The translations under genes were made by a program, and so were the position numbers. This document shows positions 19,087 to 29,205 of a stretch of DNA of 64,000 bases, one piece after another. Position 1 is the first letter of the stretch. Each line of letters opens with the position of its first letter. Below the pieces are notes generated by a model that was given only the letters and a program-made list of their open reading frames with translations, was not told where the DNA came from and did not search any database. The stretch is from NCBI GenBank assembly GCA_021810605.1, contig JAJZIL010000001.1, forward strand, positions 67,412 through 131,411, written 5' to 3'. Source of the stretch: a bacterium (lineage in GTDB: Bacteria > Patescibacteriota > Dojkabacteria > JAKAPS01 > JAJZLI01).

Positions 19087-19134
19087 ATTAGACTATAAGA
19101 TTTGTTATACTATTGTTGATGAGTTTATTTTATT

Positions 19135-20277
19135 ATGAGAAATGAAACAGATACTTTTCCAGATTCTAAGGTTAGTAAAGAAGATTCTTTAAGAGATACT
19201 AAAAGTTCTATTCAAACTACATTAAGACATTTCAGAGAATTTAATAATAATGCCCCTACTTTTTCTGTTGAAGGACAAGAGAGACTAGATTCTAAAGAAT
19301 CTAGTGTGACCTATGAGTATAATACACTAATAGATGAAAAAACTGGACAAAAGTATAGAATTGCAATTCTTAATAAAGAAGAATTAGATAAAGGTACTGT
19401 TCCTACTATTTTAACATTACAGTTTAATACTATAGTTGAGCATGGTTCTATGAATTATTTTGCTCAAGAAATTTCTCAAGGAGGCAGACCTGTAATTATT
19501 ATAGAAAGTCCTTCTATTGGTAAGTCATCTGATATGACAAAAGAACAATTTTTTACTTTAAGAAAAGGGGATAACCCATTTTCAGAAATATCAGAGAGCT
19601 TATTAAGAAGTTTAAATCCTATATTAAAGGTTAATAATGGAACAAATAAGCAGATAGATGTAGCAGGATATTCTCAGGGTGCTATTACAGCTTTAAGTAT
19701 TACAGAAGTTGCAAATTCCTTAGGAATAAGTGTGAGAAAAGCTTTCTTGTTAGAGATTCCTGGAGTAAAAGATTTTGCAAAAGAAGGGGGGAATTTTAAA
19801 AAATTTAAATCAAGTGCAAAAATTATGGCAGCATTTATTTCTGAAGGAGCAAATTTATCTTGGTATCAAAATGATCCACATGATAAAAAACAAAGAATTG
19901 TTAGTGGAGTAGAAGTTCCGGAGAATTCAGTAAAGATTTATGGAAGGTTCGTAAAGAATCTAGCAATTAAACCTATTTTTAGAAAAGGAATCTTAACTGC
20001 ATATCCAACTGCTATGGCAAGGAGAGTAGTTCCAAATATATTAAATGCTGCTTTAGAAAAACAGCCTGATATGAAATGTATTTTCTTAAGTGGTTCTGAT
20101 AGTAATATTACCCTTAAGGAAGATATATATGACTCAATAAAACCATATCTTAATACTGGTAGGATAAGACGAATTATTCTTCCTGGAGATACTCATTCAG
20201 TTGGAGAAAGAGCTAAAAGAGTAGGTTCTTTATTTAGAAGAACTATGGATGATACAATCACAAAACTATCAAAATAA
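19135..20277 (+). CDS. alpha/beta-hydrolase-like protein (GxSxG nucleophile elbow)
   Basis: VAGYSQGAITAL (G-Y-S-Q-G) and later PGDTHS; otherwise no specific family recognised. Confidence 0.45.
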   Translation: MRNETDTFPDSKVSKEDSLRDTKSSIQTTLRHFREFNNNAPTFSVEGQERLDSKESSVTYEYNTLIDEKTGQKYRIAILNKEELDKGTVPTILTLQFNTIVEHGSMNYFAQEISQGGRPVIIIESPSIGKSSDMTKEQFFTLRKGDNPFSEISESLLRSLNPILKVNNGTNKQIDVAGYSQGAITALSITEVANSLGISVRKAFLLEIPGVKDFAKEGGNFKKFKSSAKIMAAFISEGANLSWYQNDPHDKKQRIVSGVEVPENSVKIYGRFVKNLAIKPIFRKGILTAYPTAMARRVVPNILNAALEKQPDMKCIFLSGSDSNITLKEDIYDSIKPYLNTGRIRRIILPGDTHSVGERAKRVGSLFRRTMDDTITKLSK

Positions 20278-20291
20278 ATTGATATTTAGGG

Positions 20292-20531
20292 TTAATAGCT
20301 AGTAGAGTTTGATGGGGTATTGCTTGAAGGAGTATTATAGGATCCATTATTGTATGTAGGAGTAGCGTTTGTTTTATTAGAATTAGAACTATTATTAGAT
20401 GATCCTGTCCAAACTTGGGACCCACTTACGTGCAGATTTGGATACACTAGAAACCATAAAAACCACCCAACTACAACTCCTATAAGAAAAGATATTAGAA
20501 TAAGAAAAATTTTAGATGATAAAAACTTCAT
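20292..20531 (-). CDS. small membrane protein with Ser/Asn/Thr-rich tail
   Basis: Single TM (IFLILISFLIGVVVGWFLWFLV), then SGSQVWTGSSNNSSNSNKTNATPTYNNGSYNTPSSNTPSNSTSY. Confidence 0.4.
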   Translation of the reverse strand: MKFLSSKIFLILISFLIGVVVGWFLWFLVYPNLHVSGSQVWTGSSNNSSNSNKTNATPTYNNGSYNTPSSNTPSNSTSY

Positions 20532-20636
20532 ACTTCTATATTTTTATATGTATTTATTAAAATAAAATTAAAACCAAATATATTTTATGGTTTTTTAAGT
20601 TTGTGTATATCTATAAAGAAAGGAGTAAGTATTTTT

Positions 20637-22097
20637 TTATTCCCAATTTCTAGAATCTTTCTTTATAAATTCATCTAAATTACTAGGACCTTTACTTCTA
20701 GGTTCATAAATAATAGGTGAAATATTTTTTATGTCATTTTCTATTTTATCAACTAATCTCCAAGCATTTTCTATCTCATCAGAACGTGTAAAATTAATCT
20801 GATTTCCTAGAATACAGTCTATTAAAAGTTTTTCGTATTCACTTTTTAATTCTCCAAAATAATCAGAATATTTATATAACATATCTATATCTGATAATAT
20901 ATAATCTGACACAGAGGGGATTTTTCCTAGAAGATTTAATTCAATTCCTAAATCAGGTTGTATTAGAAATTTTAATATATTAGGTTTATTAGATCCTTTA
21001 AAAAGTCTAGATCCATTTTTTTTAAAAATTACTGATATTTCAGTCCTTTTTTCATTTAAATATTTTCCTGTTTGTACATATATTGGTATACTACTCCATC
21101 TATCATTTTGGATTTTTAATTTTAGGGCAATAAAAGTCTCTCTTTTTGATTCTGAAGAGACATTATTCTCTTCCTTATATCCTTTGTACTGTGCTTTTAG
21201 AGAAGATTCATAAATTATAGATTTTAATATATTATTTTTTTCTTCTCTTATATATTCCTCTTTAAACTCATGAGGTTTTTCCATTGTAAGGATAGAGAGA
21301 ATTTGTAGTATATGATTTTGGAAGACATCAATAAGTGCTCCATTTGCATCATAAAAGGCTCCTCTATCTTCAACACCCATATCTTCTAATACCTTAATCT
21401 GTATATTATCTATATAATCCTTATTCCATATATTTTCGAATATATTATTTGCAAACCTAAATGAAAATATATTCTGTACAGGTTCTTTTCCTAAATAATG
21501 GTCGATTCTGAATATTTGTTTTTCACTAAATCCAGAGAGTATAGTTTTGTTAAGTTCGATAGAACTTTCAAGGTTATGTCCAAAAGGTTTTTCTAATATT
21601 ATTCTTGTGAAAGTTGAATGTTCTTTACATGGTATATTAAGTCCTGTATCTATAAGAGAAGATATAGTTTCATTATATATTGCAGGTGGAAGTGCTAGAT
21701 AAAATATTCTTGAGTTACAGACTTTATCAAGCTCTACTTTTAACCTTATTAATTCACTCTTTTTAGTAAAATCACATTTAAAATATTTAATCCTATTATA
21801 AAAATCATCTCTTTCTTTTTTTTGCGGAATAGTATCATTAAATCTTGATGTAAAGTCACTATTACTACTATCAATTCTGCCAAGAGCAATTATATTAAAT
21901 TTATCTTTAAACGAGGAATCTGTATATAAATTATATAAAGATGGAAATAATTTTCTGTGTGCTAGATCTCCTGTTGCTCCAAAAATTACAATATCAATAC
22001 TTTTTTCAAAAATTTCTTTATTAAATTCCATAAATTTATGTATATTTACTAAGTTTCTCTTTCTCCTTTTCAAATCCTGGTTTTGATAGCAAGGCAT
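20637..22097 (-). CDS. zwf: glucose-6-phosphate 1-dehydrogenase
   Basis: VIFGATGDLAHRKLFPSLYNLY (NADP-binding) and RIDHYLGKE active-site motif. True start may be the internal Met at 22031 (MEFNKEIF...), which would remove the 62-nt overlap with pgi. Confidence 0.9.
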   Translation of the reverse strand: MPCYQNQDLKRRKRNLVNIHKFMEFNKEIFEKSIDIVIFGATGDLAHRKLFPSLYNLYTDSSFKDKFNIIALGRIDSSNSDFTSRFNDTIPQKKERDDFYNRIKYFKCDFTKKSELIRLKVELDKVCNSRIFYLALPPAIYNETISSLIDTGLNIPCKEHSTFTRIILEKPFGHNLESSIELNKTILSGFSEKQIFRIDHYLGKEPVQNIFSFRFANNIFENIWNKDYIDNIQIKVLEDMGVEDRGAFYDANGALIDVFQNHILQILSILTMEKPHEFKEEYIREEKNNILKSIIYESSLKAQYKGYKEENNVSSESKRETFIALKLKIQNDRWSSIPIYVQTGKYLNEKRTEISVIFKKNGSRLFKGSNKPNILKFLIQPDLGIELNLLGKIPSVSDYILSDIDMLYKYSDYFGELKSEYEKLLIDCILGNQINFTRSDEIENAWRLVDKIENDIKNISPIIYEPRSKGPSNLDEFIKKDSRNWE

Positions 22098-23334
22098 ACA
22101 TATATTCTTTTCCTTTTTCTACTCCAGGTTGATTAAATGTATTTATATTGAACATAACTCCAAGATAGGATACAGCCATTTCAAAAAAGAAAAATAGTTC
22201 TCCCAAGCTATTTTCATTGATCCTATCTATAAAAATAGTCCCATTAGTTCTACTATTTTCCATTAAAGATATACTAGTAGCTAATCTTTCTTTTTTGATA
22301 ATGTCTTCAAAAGATACATTATCAAGGTATGATACCTCAGATAAATTTGTTTTAATTTTTATATTACTATCAAAATGATCAGGAATGATAAATGTTATTA
22401 CTTTATCATTAGGCCCTTCATTATATAACTGTATCTGAGAGTGCTGATCAGTTGATCCTAAAGAAGCAATTGGAGTTATTCCTGCATAGATTTCTTTATT
22501 ATCTAATGAGAGTTTTTTCCCTAGACTTTCAGCCCAAAGTTGTCTATACCAAAATCCAAATCTTTCTAACCTTTTAGAATAAGGCATAAGTACAGAAATA
22601 TTTTTTTTCATTTTACTGAAATAAAGATATTGTAGTTGAGAAAATGCTAATGCATCATTATATTCAGGATCTAGACTATTAGTTTGCTCATCAATTTCTT
22701 GAGCTCCCTTTATCATATTATCTATATTAAGTCCCATTATATCTACAGTAAGAAGTCCAATTATAGAAAGTACTGAAAACCTATCTCCTACATTACTAAT
22801 TCCTTCTATTATCTGAATATTGTATTCAGAAGCGAGATCTCTTATAGTACTTTTTGGCTCTGAGGTAGTTATTATTATATGATCTTCAACTTTATCTCTT
22901 CCCATTTGTTTTTCAATTTGAGATTCTATATAAAGGAAATTTGCTATAATCTCAATTGTTTCTCCTGATTTAGATATTATATTAAAAACACTATCTTCTA
23001 GAGAAATATTATTAAAAAAAGAATCTAATTCGTCAGGATCAGTATTAGATCCTATAAAAAGAATGTTAACCCCACTTTTATTTTCAAGTGCATTAACTAT
23101 TGTTCTAGATCCCAAGTCAGATCCTCCAATACCCACAATTACATAATTTTTATATTTCTTTCGAATTTCTTCTCCTATACTTTTAATTTCTTCTACATTA
23201 GAGTAAATGAGGTTTCTAAAAGTAAGTTTATCTTTATTAATACTTTCTCTTTCTAGTTTAAAAAAATCTCCTTTTGATAAAGAGAGATCTTTTATTTGAG
23301 GGGACAACATGTTTGTATAATCGTATCTTAACAT
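22036..23334 (-). CDS. pgi: glucose-6-phosphate isomerase
   Basis: GIGGSDLGSRT and the PGI signature GSTDQHSQIQL. Confidence 0.9.
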   Translation of the reverse strand: MLRYDYTNMLSPQIKDLSLSKGDFFKLERESINKDKLTFRNLIYSNVEEIKSIGEEIRKKYKNYVIVGIGGSDLGSRTIVNALENKSGVNILFIGSNTDPDELDSFFNNISLEDSVFNIISKSGETIEIIANFLYIESQIEKQMGRDKVEDHIIITTSEPKSTIRDLASEYNIQIIEGISNVGDRFSVLSIIGLLTVDIMGLNIDNMIKGAQEIDEQTNSLDPEYNDALAFSQLQYLYFSKMKKNISVLMPYSKRLERFGFWYRQLWAESLGKKLSLDNKEIYAGITPIASLGSTDQHSQIQLYNEGPNDKVITFIIPDHFDSNIKIKTNLSEVSYLDNVSFEDIIKKERLATSISLMENSRTNGTIFIDRINENSLGELFFFFEMAVSYLGVMFNINTFNQPGVEKGKEYMYALLSKPGFEKEKEKLSKYT

Positions 23335-23699
23335 CTCAATTTATCTAAATTTAACTAAATAATTATAGAGTTTTCACCTATTTTTATCAATATGAATTAT
23401 TGTAAGTAATATTAATATAATTAATTTTTATGAAAGAAACATTAGATGAGAATAGAGTAGTTATAGAATGTTGTTTTTCTTATGATACTTTACTTTTAAG
23501 GTGTAAAAAATTTTTTGAATGAATATTTAATATAGATAGATACAATAAATATAATTTAGAATAAAGATATCTTTTAAATAATATAAGTTGCATAAATAAA
23601 AAAAGATTTAGATAAATTATATAAATTTTTATCAATAATCTAATTTAACCTACTTTAATAAATAAGGTTTTAATTTTTAATCTAAAAATTATATTTTAT

Positions 23700-23728
23700 T
23701 TGAAGATATTATATTTATAAGGTATAAT
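23700..23728 (+). promoter_or_regulatory. candidate promoter of rpmH-rnpA-yidC (TTGAAG-N17-TATAAT)
   Basis: Seen directly about 24 nt upstream of the rpmH ATG; background is AT-rich so chance matches are possible. Confidence 0.4.
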
Positions 23729-23751
23729 AAGTTTTATCATTTTTAATAGTT

Positions 23752-23934
23752 ATGAAAAGAACTTATCAGCCAAAAAAATTAAAAGCACTAAAAAAGTTAG
23801 GATATCTAAAAAGAAGTGCTTCTCATGGAGGAAGAAATGTACTTAAAAGGAGAAGACTTAAAGGAAGAGAAGTGCTAACAATTTCAGATATTTTTAGAAA
23901 AATAGGAAAAAAACCTAGAAATAGGGTAAGATAG
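23752..23934 (+). CDS. rpmH: 50S ribosomal protein L34 (with about 16-aa basic C-terminal extension)
   Basis: [11 protein letters not shown]...[21 protein letters not shown] matches the L34 consensus; extra [16 protein letters not shown] tail. Confidence 0.85.
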   Translation: MKRTYQPKKLKALKKLGYLKRSASHGGRNVLKRRRLKGREVLTISDIFRKIGKKPRNRVR

Positions 23935-23938
23935 TAGT

Positions 23939-24277
23939 ATGTTACCTTCTAAAAATAGGCTTAGATCAGGATACCTAAAGATTTATAAAGACAAGAAAAG
24001 TGTTTCTAATAAATACTTTCTTCTATTCTACAAAGAGAACAATACCAATTATTCAAAATTTGGATTTGTGATAAGAAAGAAGGTTGGAAAAGCTTTTTTT
24101 AGAAATAAGATAAAGAGACGGTTTAGATTTGCTATAAGAGAGAATTTAGAAAATATATCTCCTGGGTTTGATTTTATATTTTTAATAAATCATAATTTTA
24201 CTGATTGGGAACAAGTTTCTTTTGAGGAAATAAAAAATAATATATTTGAAACTTTAAAAAGTATAAATAAAATATGA
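23939..24277 (+). CDS. rnpA: ribonuclease P protein component
   Basis: Basic small protein with RnpA-like FGFVIRKKVGKAFFRNKIKRRFR; conserved rpmH-rnpA-yidC order. Confidence 0.75.
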   Translation: MLPSKNRLRSGYLKIYKDKKSVSNKYFLLFYKENNTNYSKFGFVIRKKVGKAFFRNKIKRRFRFAIRENLENISPGFDFIFLINHNFTDWEQVSFEEIKNNIFETLKSINKI

Positions 24278-25125
24278 ATATTTTTAGTGCTATTGGTGGA
24301 TTTTTTGTTTTGATATGGAATACCTTTTTATTTAATCCAATTATAAATATATTTGTATTCTTTTATAAAATTTCTTTTTCTAATCTTGGTTTAGCTATAG
24401 TGATTATTACTATTCTTTTAAGATTATTACTCTGGCCTTTGCTAAAATCTCAACTTAGTACAACTAAAAACATGCAGAGTGTTCAACCTAGACTTGCAGA
24501 GATTCAGAAAAAATATAGTAAAGATCTAGTAAAACTTAGAGAGGAACAAATGAAAATATTTAAAGAGGAAGGAGTGAATCCTTTAGGTAGTTGTTTTTCA
24601 CTCTTAATTCAGTTACCAATTTTATGGGGGGTTTATGAAGCTATTCTAGTAATGTCTCAACATAAAGCTCAATATCTAAATAAACTTGTATATTTTTCTT
24701 TTCTACACTATCCAGCTAATTATCATTATAATTTAAATTTTCTAAATATAAATGTTGGAAAAGATGCTATTACAGTAGGATTTTTTAGTGTAGCTGCAAT
24801 AAGTTATATAATATTATCTTTATTAGTTGCTTATTCTCAGTATTTAGTATCGAAGGTATCTTTACCTAATATGAAAAGTGAGATAGCAGAAGAAAAAACA
24901 GCATTAGAATTAAAAGATAAATCAAAAGGAGATGATAAGGCTTTGAATATTGATCCAAATGCTTTTAGTGGTATGATCTCAAAACAACTTTTGTATCTTA
25001 TGCCAGCACTTCTTTTGATTATATCATTAGGAATACTGGGCCCTATCCCTGCTGCATTATCAATTTATTGGGCTGTACAGTCATTTGTGATATATGCTCA
25101 AACAAAATTCTTTTTCAGAAAATAA
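24274..25125 (+). CDS. yidC: membrane protein insertase YidC/Oxa1 (short form)
   Basis: LAIVIITILLRLLLWPL ... VQPRLAEIQKKY ... MKIFKEEGVNPLGSCFSLLIQLPILWGVY is the YidC core. Confidence 0.85.
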   Translation: MNIFSAIGGFFVLIWNTFLFNPIINIFVFFYKISFSNLGLAIVIITILLRLLLWPLLKSQLSTTKNMQSVQPRLAEIQKKYSKDLVKLREEQMKIFKEEGVNPLGSCFSLLIQLPILWGVYEAILVMSQHKAQYLNKLVYFSFLHYPANYHYNLNFLNINVGKDAITVGFFSVAAISYIILSLLVAYSQYLVSKVSLPNMKSEIAEEKTALELKDKSKGDDKALNIDPNAFSGMISKQLLYLMPALLLIISLGILGPIPAALSIYWAVQSFVIYAQTKFFFRK

Positions 25126-25274
25126 TTATTTTATAAAAATATCTTTTTTGATAAATTACATACAGGAATAGGCTAATGAGAAAAATATTATTGATTGAGA
25201 AGCCTTCTTAAATCTCTAATTTAAGAGAATTTTCTATTAGATTTAAACTATTCTTGTCTTTCTTTTTCACAAAT

Positions 25275-26009
25275 CTAAGAATAGGACTGTTCTTTAGAAC
25301 GTCTATAAAGTTCTACCCAATCATTAAAAGTTAAATTTTGGGCTCTTTTCTCTTTAAATTTGCCTAAATAATCACCTTTAATAACATTTCCTAATTTTTT
25401 CCTTGGAGATGAAAATCCGATATTTACATAACTCTCTAATTCTTTTTGTTCTTTGTCAAAATTATAGATGTTTTTTATATATATAATTTGTGAATCTACC
25501 TTAGGTACAGGTATAAAATTTTCTTTTTTTATAATATCTCCTTTTTCTATATCTTTTGCATAAATTTTAAGTGTATTGAATAATTTTTCTCCTTCAGTTG
25601 TATATTTTTGTGCTACTTCTTTTTGAAGTATGACATATATATTTTTTGCTCTAATACTCCCTTTTAAAAATAAAGAAATTATATCTTTTGATATATAATA
25701 TGGAAGTGCAGAAACAAGTGAGAATTTAGTGTAAGGAATACTAGATAAGTCATATTTTAAAATATCTTCTAATATAACTGATGTTTTTGGAAATTTTTCA
25801 TTCAGTATTGGTATGAAGCGTATGTCTTTCTCTATACAGAGAATATTTTTAGTTTTAGTTATGAGTTTTTCAGTTATTGCTCCATTTCCAGGACCAATTT
25901 CAATAATAGATTCATCTTTATTAACATACTGTATTAATTTTTCAGCATAATTCCCTTTTATTAGAAAATTTTGACCTAATGATTTATCGAGTTTAATCTT
26001 AGAGTACAT
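25275..26009 (-). CDS. rsmA: 16S rRNA (adenine1518/1519-N6)-dimethyltransferase
   Basis: LGQNFLIKGNYAEKLI ... IIEIGPGNGAITEKL (SAM-binding) is the KsgA/RsmA signature. Confidence 0.9.
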   Translation of the reverse strand: MYSKIKLDKSLGQNFLIKGNYAEKLIQYVNKDESIIEIGPGNGAITEKLITKTKNILCIEKDIRFIPILNEKFPKTSVILEDILKYDLSSIPYTKFSLVSALPYYISKDIISLFLKGSIRAKNIYVILQKEVAQKYTTEGEKLFNTLKIYAKDIEKGDIIKKENFIPVPKVDSQIIYIKNIYNFDKEQKELESYVNIGFSSPRKKLGNVIKGDYLGKFKEKRAQNLTFNDWVELYRRSKEQSYS

Positions 26010-26274
26010 TTTTTAAATTGATCTGAGGTACTAAACTTGTATTAGAGTAAATGTACTTTTTTGATATCTGGTTATATAGTTTTTCATAACCTTTTATATT
26101 TACATATGTTATTGGTGGAACTGTATTTAGAGTATTGTTTGAAGATATTGCAAAAAGATTAATTATTATAATATTAATTATTAAAATTATTATAACAATA
26201 ACTATCTCTATGATCTCAATAGGATGTTTTGAAAATATATTACTCTTTTTTAATTTATTCTTTTTTGTCTTCAT
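25999..26274 (-). CDS. small single-TM protein at end of the pilus-assembly operon
   Basis: ORF with one hydrophobic helix; 4-nt overlap with upstream PilO-like gene; no motif. Confidence 0.3.
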   Translation of the reverse strand: MKTKKNKLKKSNIFSKHPIEIIEIVIVIIILIINIIIINLFAISSNNTLNTVPPITYVNIKGYEKLYNQISKKYIYSNTSLVPQINLKNVL

Positions 26275-26834
26275 TGTATATATAGGTCTAGTGTAATAGA
26301 TGTATTTACTAAATTACTAACTCCGCCTTTTTGAGAAGTCATATTAATCATTATTATGTTTGAAAAATAATAGGAATTTTCTAACATTCGGATATATTCA
26401 GTTGTTCCTTGGAATGTTCCTGTTATATTTAAACTTACTGATAATGTTTTTCCAGCAGAAGTTGGTGTTGCAGAAGTTCCGGATCCTAGTTCTATTGATT
26501 GACTTGATACTGTTGCAGATCCAAATGCTATTTGAGCACTTACTCCTGTGATCTGTGCTATTATATTTTCTTGATTAACCCAATTACTTATTGAATTTTG
26601 AGAGATTAGAGTATTATATAGAAAATTTACTTTTTGGGCATATTGTTGTTTTTGATAAAGTAATGTTTGTTCTTCTAAATCTTTTTGTTTTATTGTAGAT
26701 AAAGTTACATTCAAAGATCTTTTACTGGTTCTAGTTTGAATGTATATATTATAGCTAAGGTATAAAGCATAGATTATTACTATTGATATAAGAAGATATA
26801 TTATATATTTTTTATATTCTTTATTTACTTTCAT
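26271..26834 (-). CDS. PilO-like type IV pilus assembly protein (TM anchor plus coiled coil)
   Basis: N-terminal TM (IIYLLISIVIIYALYLSY) then coiled-coil segment; position after the PilM-PilN gene. Confidence 0.45.
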   Translation of the reverse strand: MKVNKEYKKYIIYLLISIVIIYALYLSYNIYIQTRTSKRSLNVTLSTIKQKDLEEQTLLYQKQQYAQKVNFLYNTLISQNSISNWVNQENIIAQITGVSAQIAFGSATVSSQSIELGSGTSATPTSAGKTLSVSLNITGTFQGTTEYIRMLENSYYFSNIIMINMTSQKGGVSNLVNTSITLDLYIQ

Positions 26835-28419
26835 TATAGTTAAAAATCATTGTAAATCCAGGATTTATTGTACTCTCAAAATTAGATATTGGCATATTTA
26901 GTTTTGAAAAGTCAGTTTGCAAATTGATATTATTTTCTAGTTGTGTAATCTGAGTTTGGTTTTGAGCTTCTCCCTGTATTTTAATTTGCCAAATTGCTTG
27001 AGACCCTTTACCTACATTTGTTATATCAAGATTATTTAAAAAGACTCCATTAGGGACTAGATTAGAAATTTGAGATATTACATAAGACCAATGATACTGT
27101 GTTGTATAAGTTTGTGTTAATGTTGTAATTTGAGTATTCATATTATTAATTGAGCTAGATACACCTTTATATTTAGGATTTTTTATCTGCATTTGATAGT
27201 AATTAATCTGAGTATTTATACCTTTTATATCGATATTATCTATAAATGTTAGAAATACAAAGATTAAAGAAAGTAATACTAAGTTAAGAAGTAAAAATTT
27301 TAAGGCAGAAAATCCAAATTTAAGAAAATATGCTTGTATTGTTTTACTTTTTTGCTTTTTTGGGAGAAGATTTATGTATGTAGATGATGGAACTTTGTTT
27401 AAAAGTTCCAATCCTATTATAGGTACATAAGGAGATATTTGTTCATGCTTCTCCCATTGCAGAATTGGATAAACCTTTATATTTATCTTTGCTTTTTCTA
27501 CGACAACTTTGGTCATTTCTTGAATTCTCTCTATAACTCCATCTAAAGAGGCTGTCTCTCCATATATATATACTTTTTTGATTTTTTCTTCTCCATAGAA
27601 ATTAAGAGCTTTTTTCAATTCTTGATCAACTTGTAGAAATAAGTTCTCTATATGTTTTGCAAACTCATCATCTTTTGTTTTTATACCATTTTTTTCTAAA
27701 TATTCATTAATTTTCTCATCATTTAGTTTAAGATATTCTCCTGTAGTTTTAACTATTTGATTCAATCCAAAGTAGAATGAAGTAGAAAACTGTATAGCAT
27801 CTTTTTTATTAATTGCTATATTTGTAACACTCTTTCCCATATCTAATAGAAGATACTCTTCATCTTCTTTATTAAGAGTTATTGCTCTAAGTGCTGATTG
27901 AGCCCTTCCTTCAAAGAGTAGAGGAGTTATTCTTACAAGCTTTAAAGTGTCTATAAATGAATCTGCACTTTCTTTTGATACTGCAGTTACTATAACTTCA
28001 TAATTGTCATCATCTTCAGATAGAACATCATATGTCCAATAGATATCATCTTCCTTCATTGGAATTAAAGTAGATAACTGAAATTGTATTGCTTTTTCTA
28101 TTTTATTAATTTCTACTTTTGGAATTTTTACAATTTGAGAATATATCTGATCATCAGGGATTATTACAACTGCAAAACGTGTTTTTATTTTTTTTGGATT
28201 TTTTTTAGATAGTATTATATTGAGTTTTTCTATTACTGCATTAGGTTGTCTTATTATTCCTGCAATAAAAGTTGAAGCAGGGAGTTCTTCCTCTCCTATA
28301 TTTGTTAATGTGTAATGGTCTTTCTTTTTTTCAAATTCAACAACTTTTAATGATCCTGAAGATATGTCTATTGCAAATACCTTTTCTCGCCTTATTATAT
28401 CTTTGAGCAGATTTTCCAT
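26821..28419 (-). CDS. pilM: type IV pilus assembly protein PilM fused to a PilN-like TM/periplasmic segment
   Basis: N-terminal actin-like ATPase fold start (FAIDISSGSLKVVEF...) about 350 aa, then TM (FLLLNLVLLSLIFVFLTF) and periplasmic tail. Confidence 0.7.
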   Translation of the reverse strand: MENLLKDIIRREKVFAIDISSGSLKVVEFEKKKDHYTLTNIGEEELPASTFIAGIIRQPNAVIEKLNIILSKKNPKKIKTRFAVVIIPDDQIYSQIVKIPKVEINKIEKAIQFQLSTLIPMKEDDIYWTYDVLSEDDDNYEVIVTAVSKESADSFIDTLKLVRITPLLFEGRAQSALRAITLNKEDEEYLLLDMGKSVTNIAINKKDAIQFSTSFYFGLNQIVKTTGEYLKLNDEKINEYLEKNGIKTKDDEFAKHIENLFLQVDQELKKALNFYGEEKIKKVYIYGETASLDGVIERIQEMTKVVVEKAKINIKVYPILQWEKHEQISPYVPIIGLELLNKVPSSTYINLLPKKQKSKTIQAYFLKFGFSALKFLLLNLVLLSLIFVFLTFIDNIDIKGINTQINYYQMQIKNPKYKGVSSSINNMNTQITTLTQTYTTQYHWSYVISQISNLVPNGVFLNNLDITNVGKGSQAIWQIKIQGEAQNQTQITQLENNINLQTDFSKLNMPISNFESTINPGFTMIFNYNESK

Positions 28420-28746
28420 AAATTCATATTACATTATTTTTACATTTTAGTTAATGCCTGTATGCATTACATGTACCTATACCAAAAATAGTCTGTAAAA
28501 GAATATAATCTGATTAATACAGAATATACAATATCATATATATTAGTAGATCACATTATCTTCCTATTTCTAATGAATTAGTGTTTCTTTAATTTATATA
28601 AATGTATTAATAGGTTAAAATAGAAGTAATATTTTTTTGGAAGAGCAAAGTCATATAAATACTTATAAAATAGCTTAGGTATATAATTTAGGAAGTACAA
28701 AAGGTATAAATAGAGGATTAGATTATATAACAATTGCTTTATATAA

Positions 28747-29199
28747 TGGCAACTAAATTAGTATAATACTAATCAGGGATGTGATTATTTATTTAAAATA
28801 AATGAAGGTATTGGTGCTATAGTTTGGACATTTAATGAGGAGTATGGAAAAATTAAGTTTCCAAATGGAGCTCAGATGGAAGGAAACAGTTCCTACTATT
28901 ACTAAAAATAATGTATATATTGGATCTACTAGTGTCAAAAGATATTTGATGTATCTGTTTCTACTGGAAAAATCTAGTCTCAGAATGCTGTAGGTCTAAA
29001 TAATAAGCCATTTGTTATATTAGATAGTAATTTGTATTATGATAATGGGTTGGGGAATATCCTTGTATATAATAGACATACAGGAAAGTATCTTGCTGAA
29101 AGAACTACTGGAGGGGAAGTTGCAGTGAGTGGTTTGACCTATTCTAATGGTTTCTTTTATGTAGATAATACTGCTGGAAGATTTTTTATTTTTAAATAG
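28747..29199 (+). pseudogene. decayed PQQ-repeat beta-propeller gene (at least 3 frame disruptions)
   Basis: Three consecutive ORF fragments in different frames with propeller-repeat-like content: GIGAIVWTFNEEYGKIKFPNGAQ..., NNVYIGSTS..., and KPFVILDSNLYYDNGLGNILVYNRHTGKYLAERTTGGEVAVSGLTYSNGFFYVDNTAGRFFIFK. Confidence 0.5.
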
Positions 29200-29205
29200 A
29201 CTACA

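Noticed and set aside
22036-22097. 62-nt overlap between zwf and pgi
   Set aside because: Most likely an ORF-caller artefact. zwf probably starts at the internal Met at 22031 (MEFNKEIF..., 13 aa before the GxxGDLA motif), leaving a 4-nt gap, although an SD-like AAAGGAAAAG precedes the longer start.
23430-23525. 31-aa ORF (MKETLDENRVVIECCFSYDTLLLRCKKFFE) in the pgi/rpmH divergent spacer
   Set aside because: No RBS and no motif, and a length expected by chance. Probably non-coding.
25207-25225. Hairpin CTTAAAT-ctcta-ATTTAAG between yidC and rsmA as a terminator
   Set aside because: The stem is only 7 bp and all A/T with no strong T-run. Too weak to call in a 70% AT background.
28747-29199. 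Treating the beta-propeller fragments as an intact small gene
   Set aside because: Only about 50-75-aa pieces remain in three different frames. No single frame encodes a full repeat unit set.
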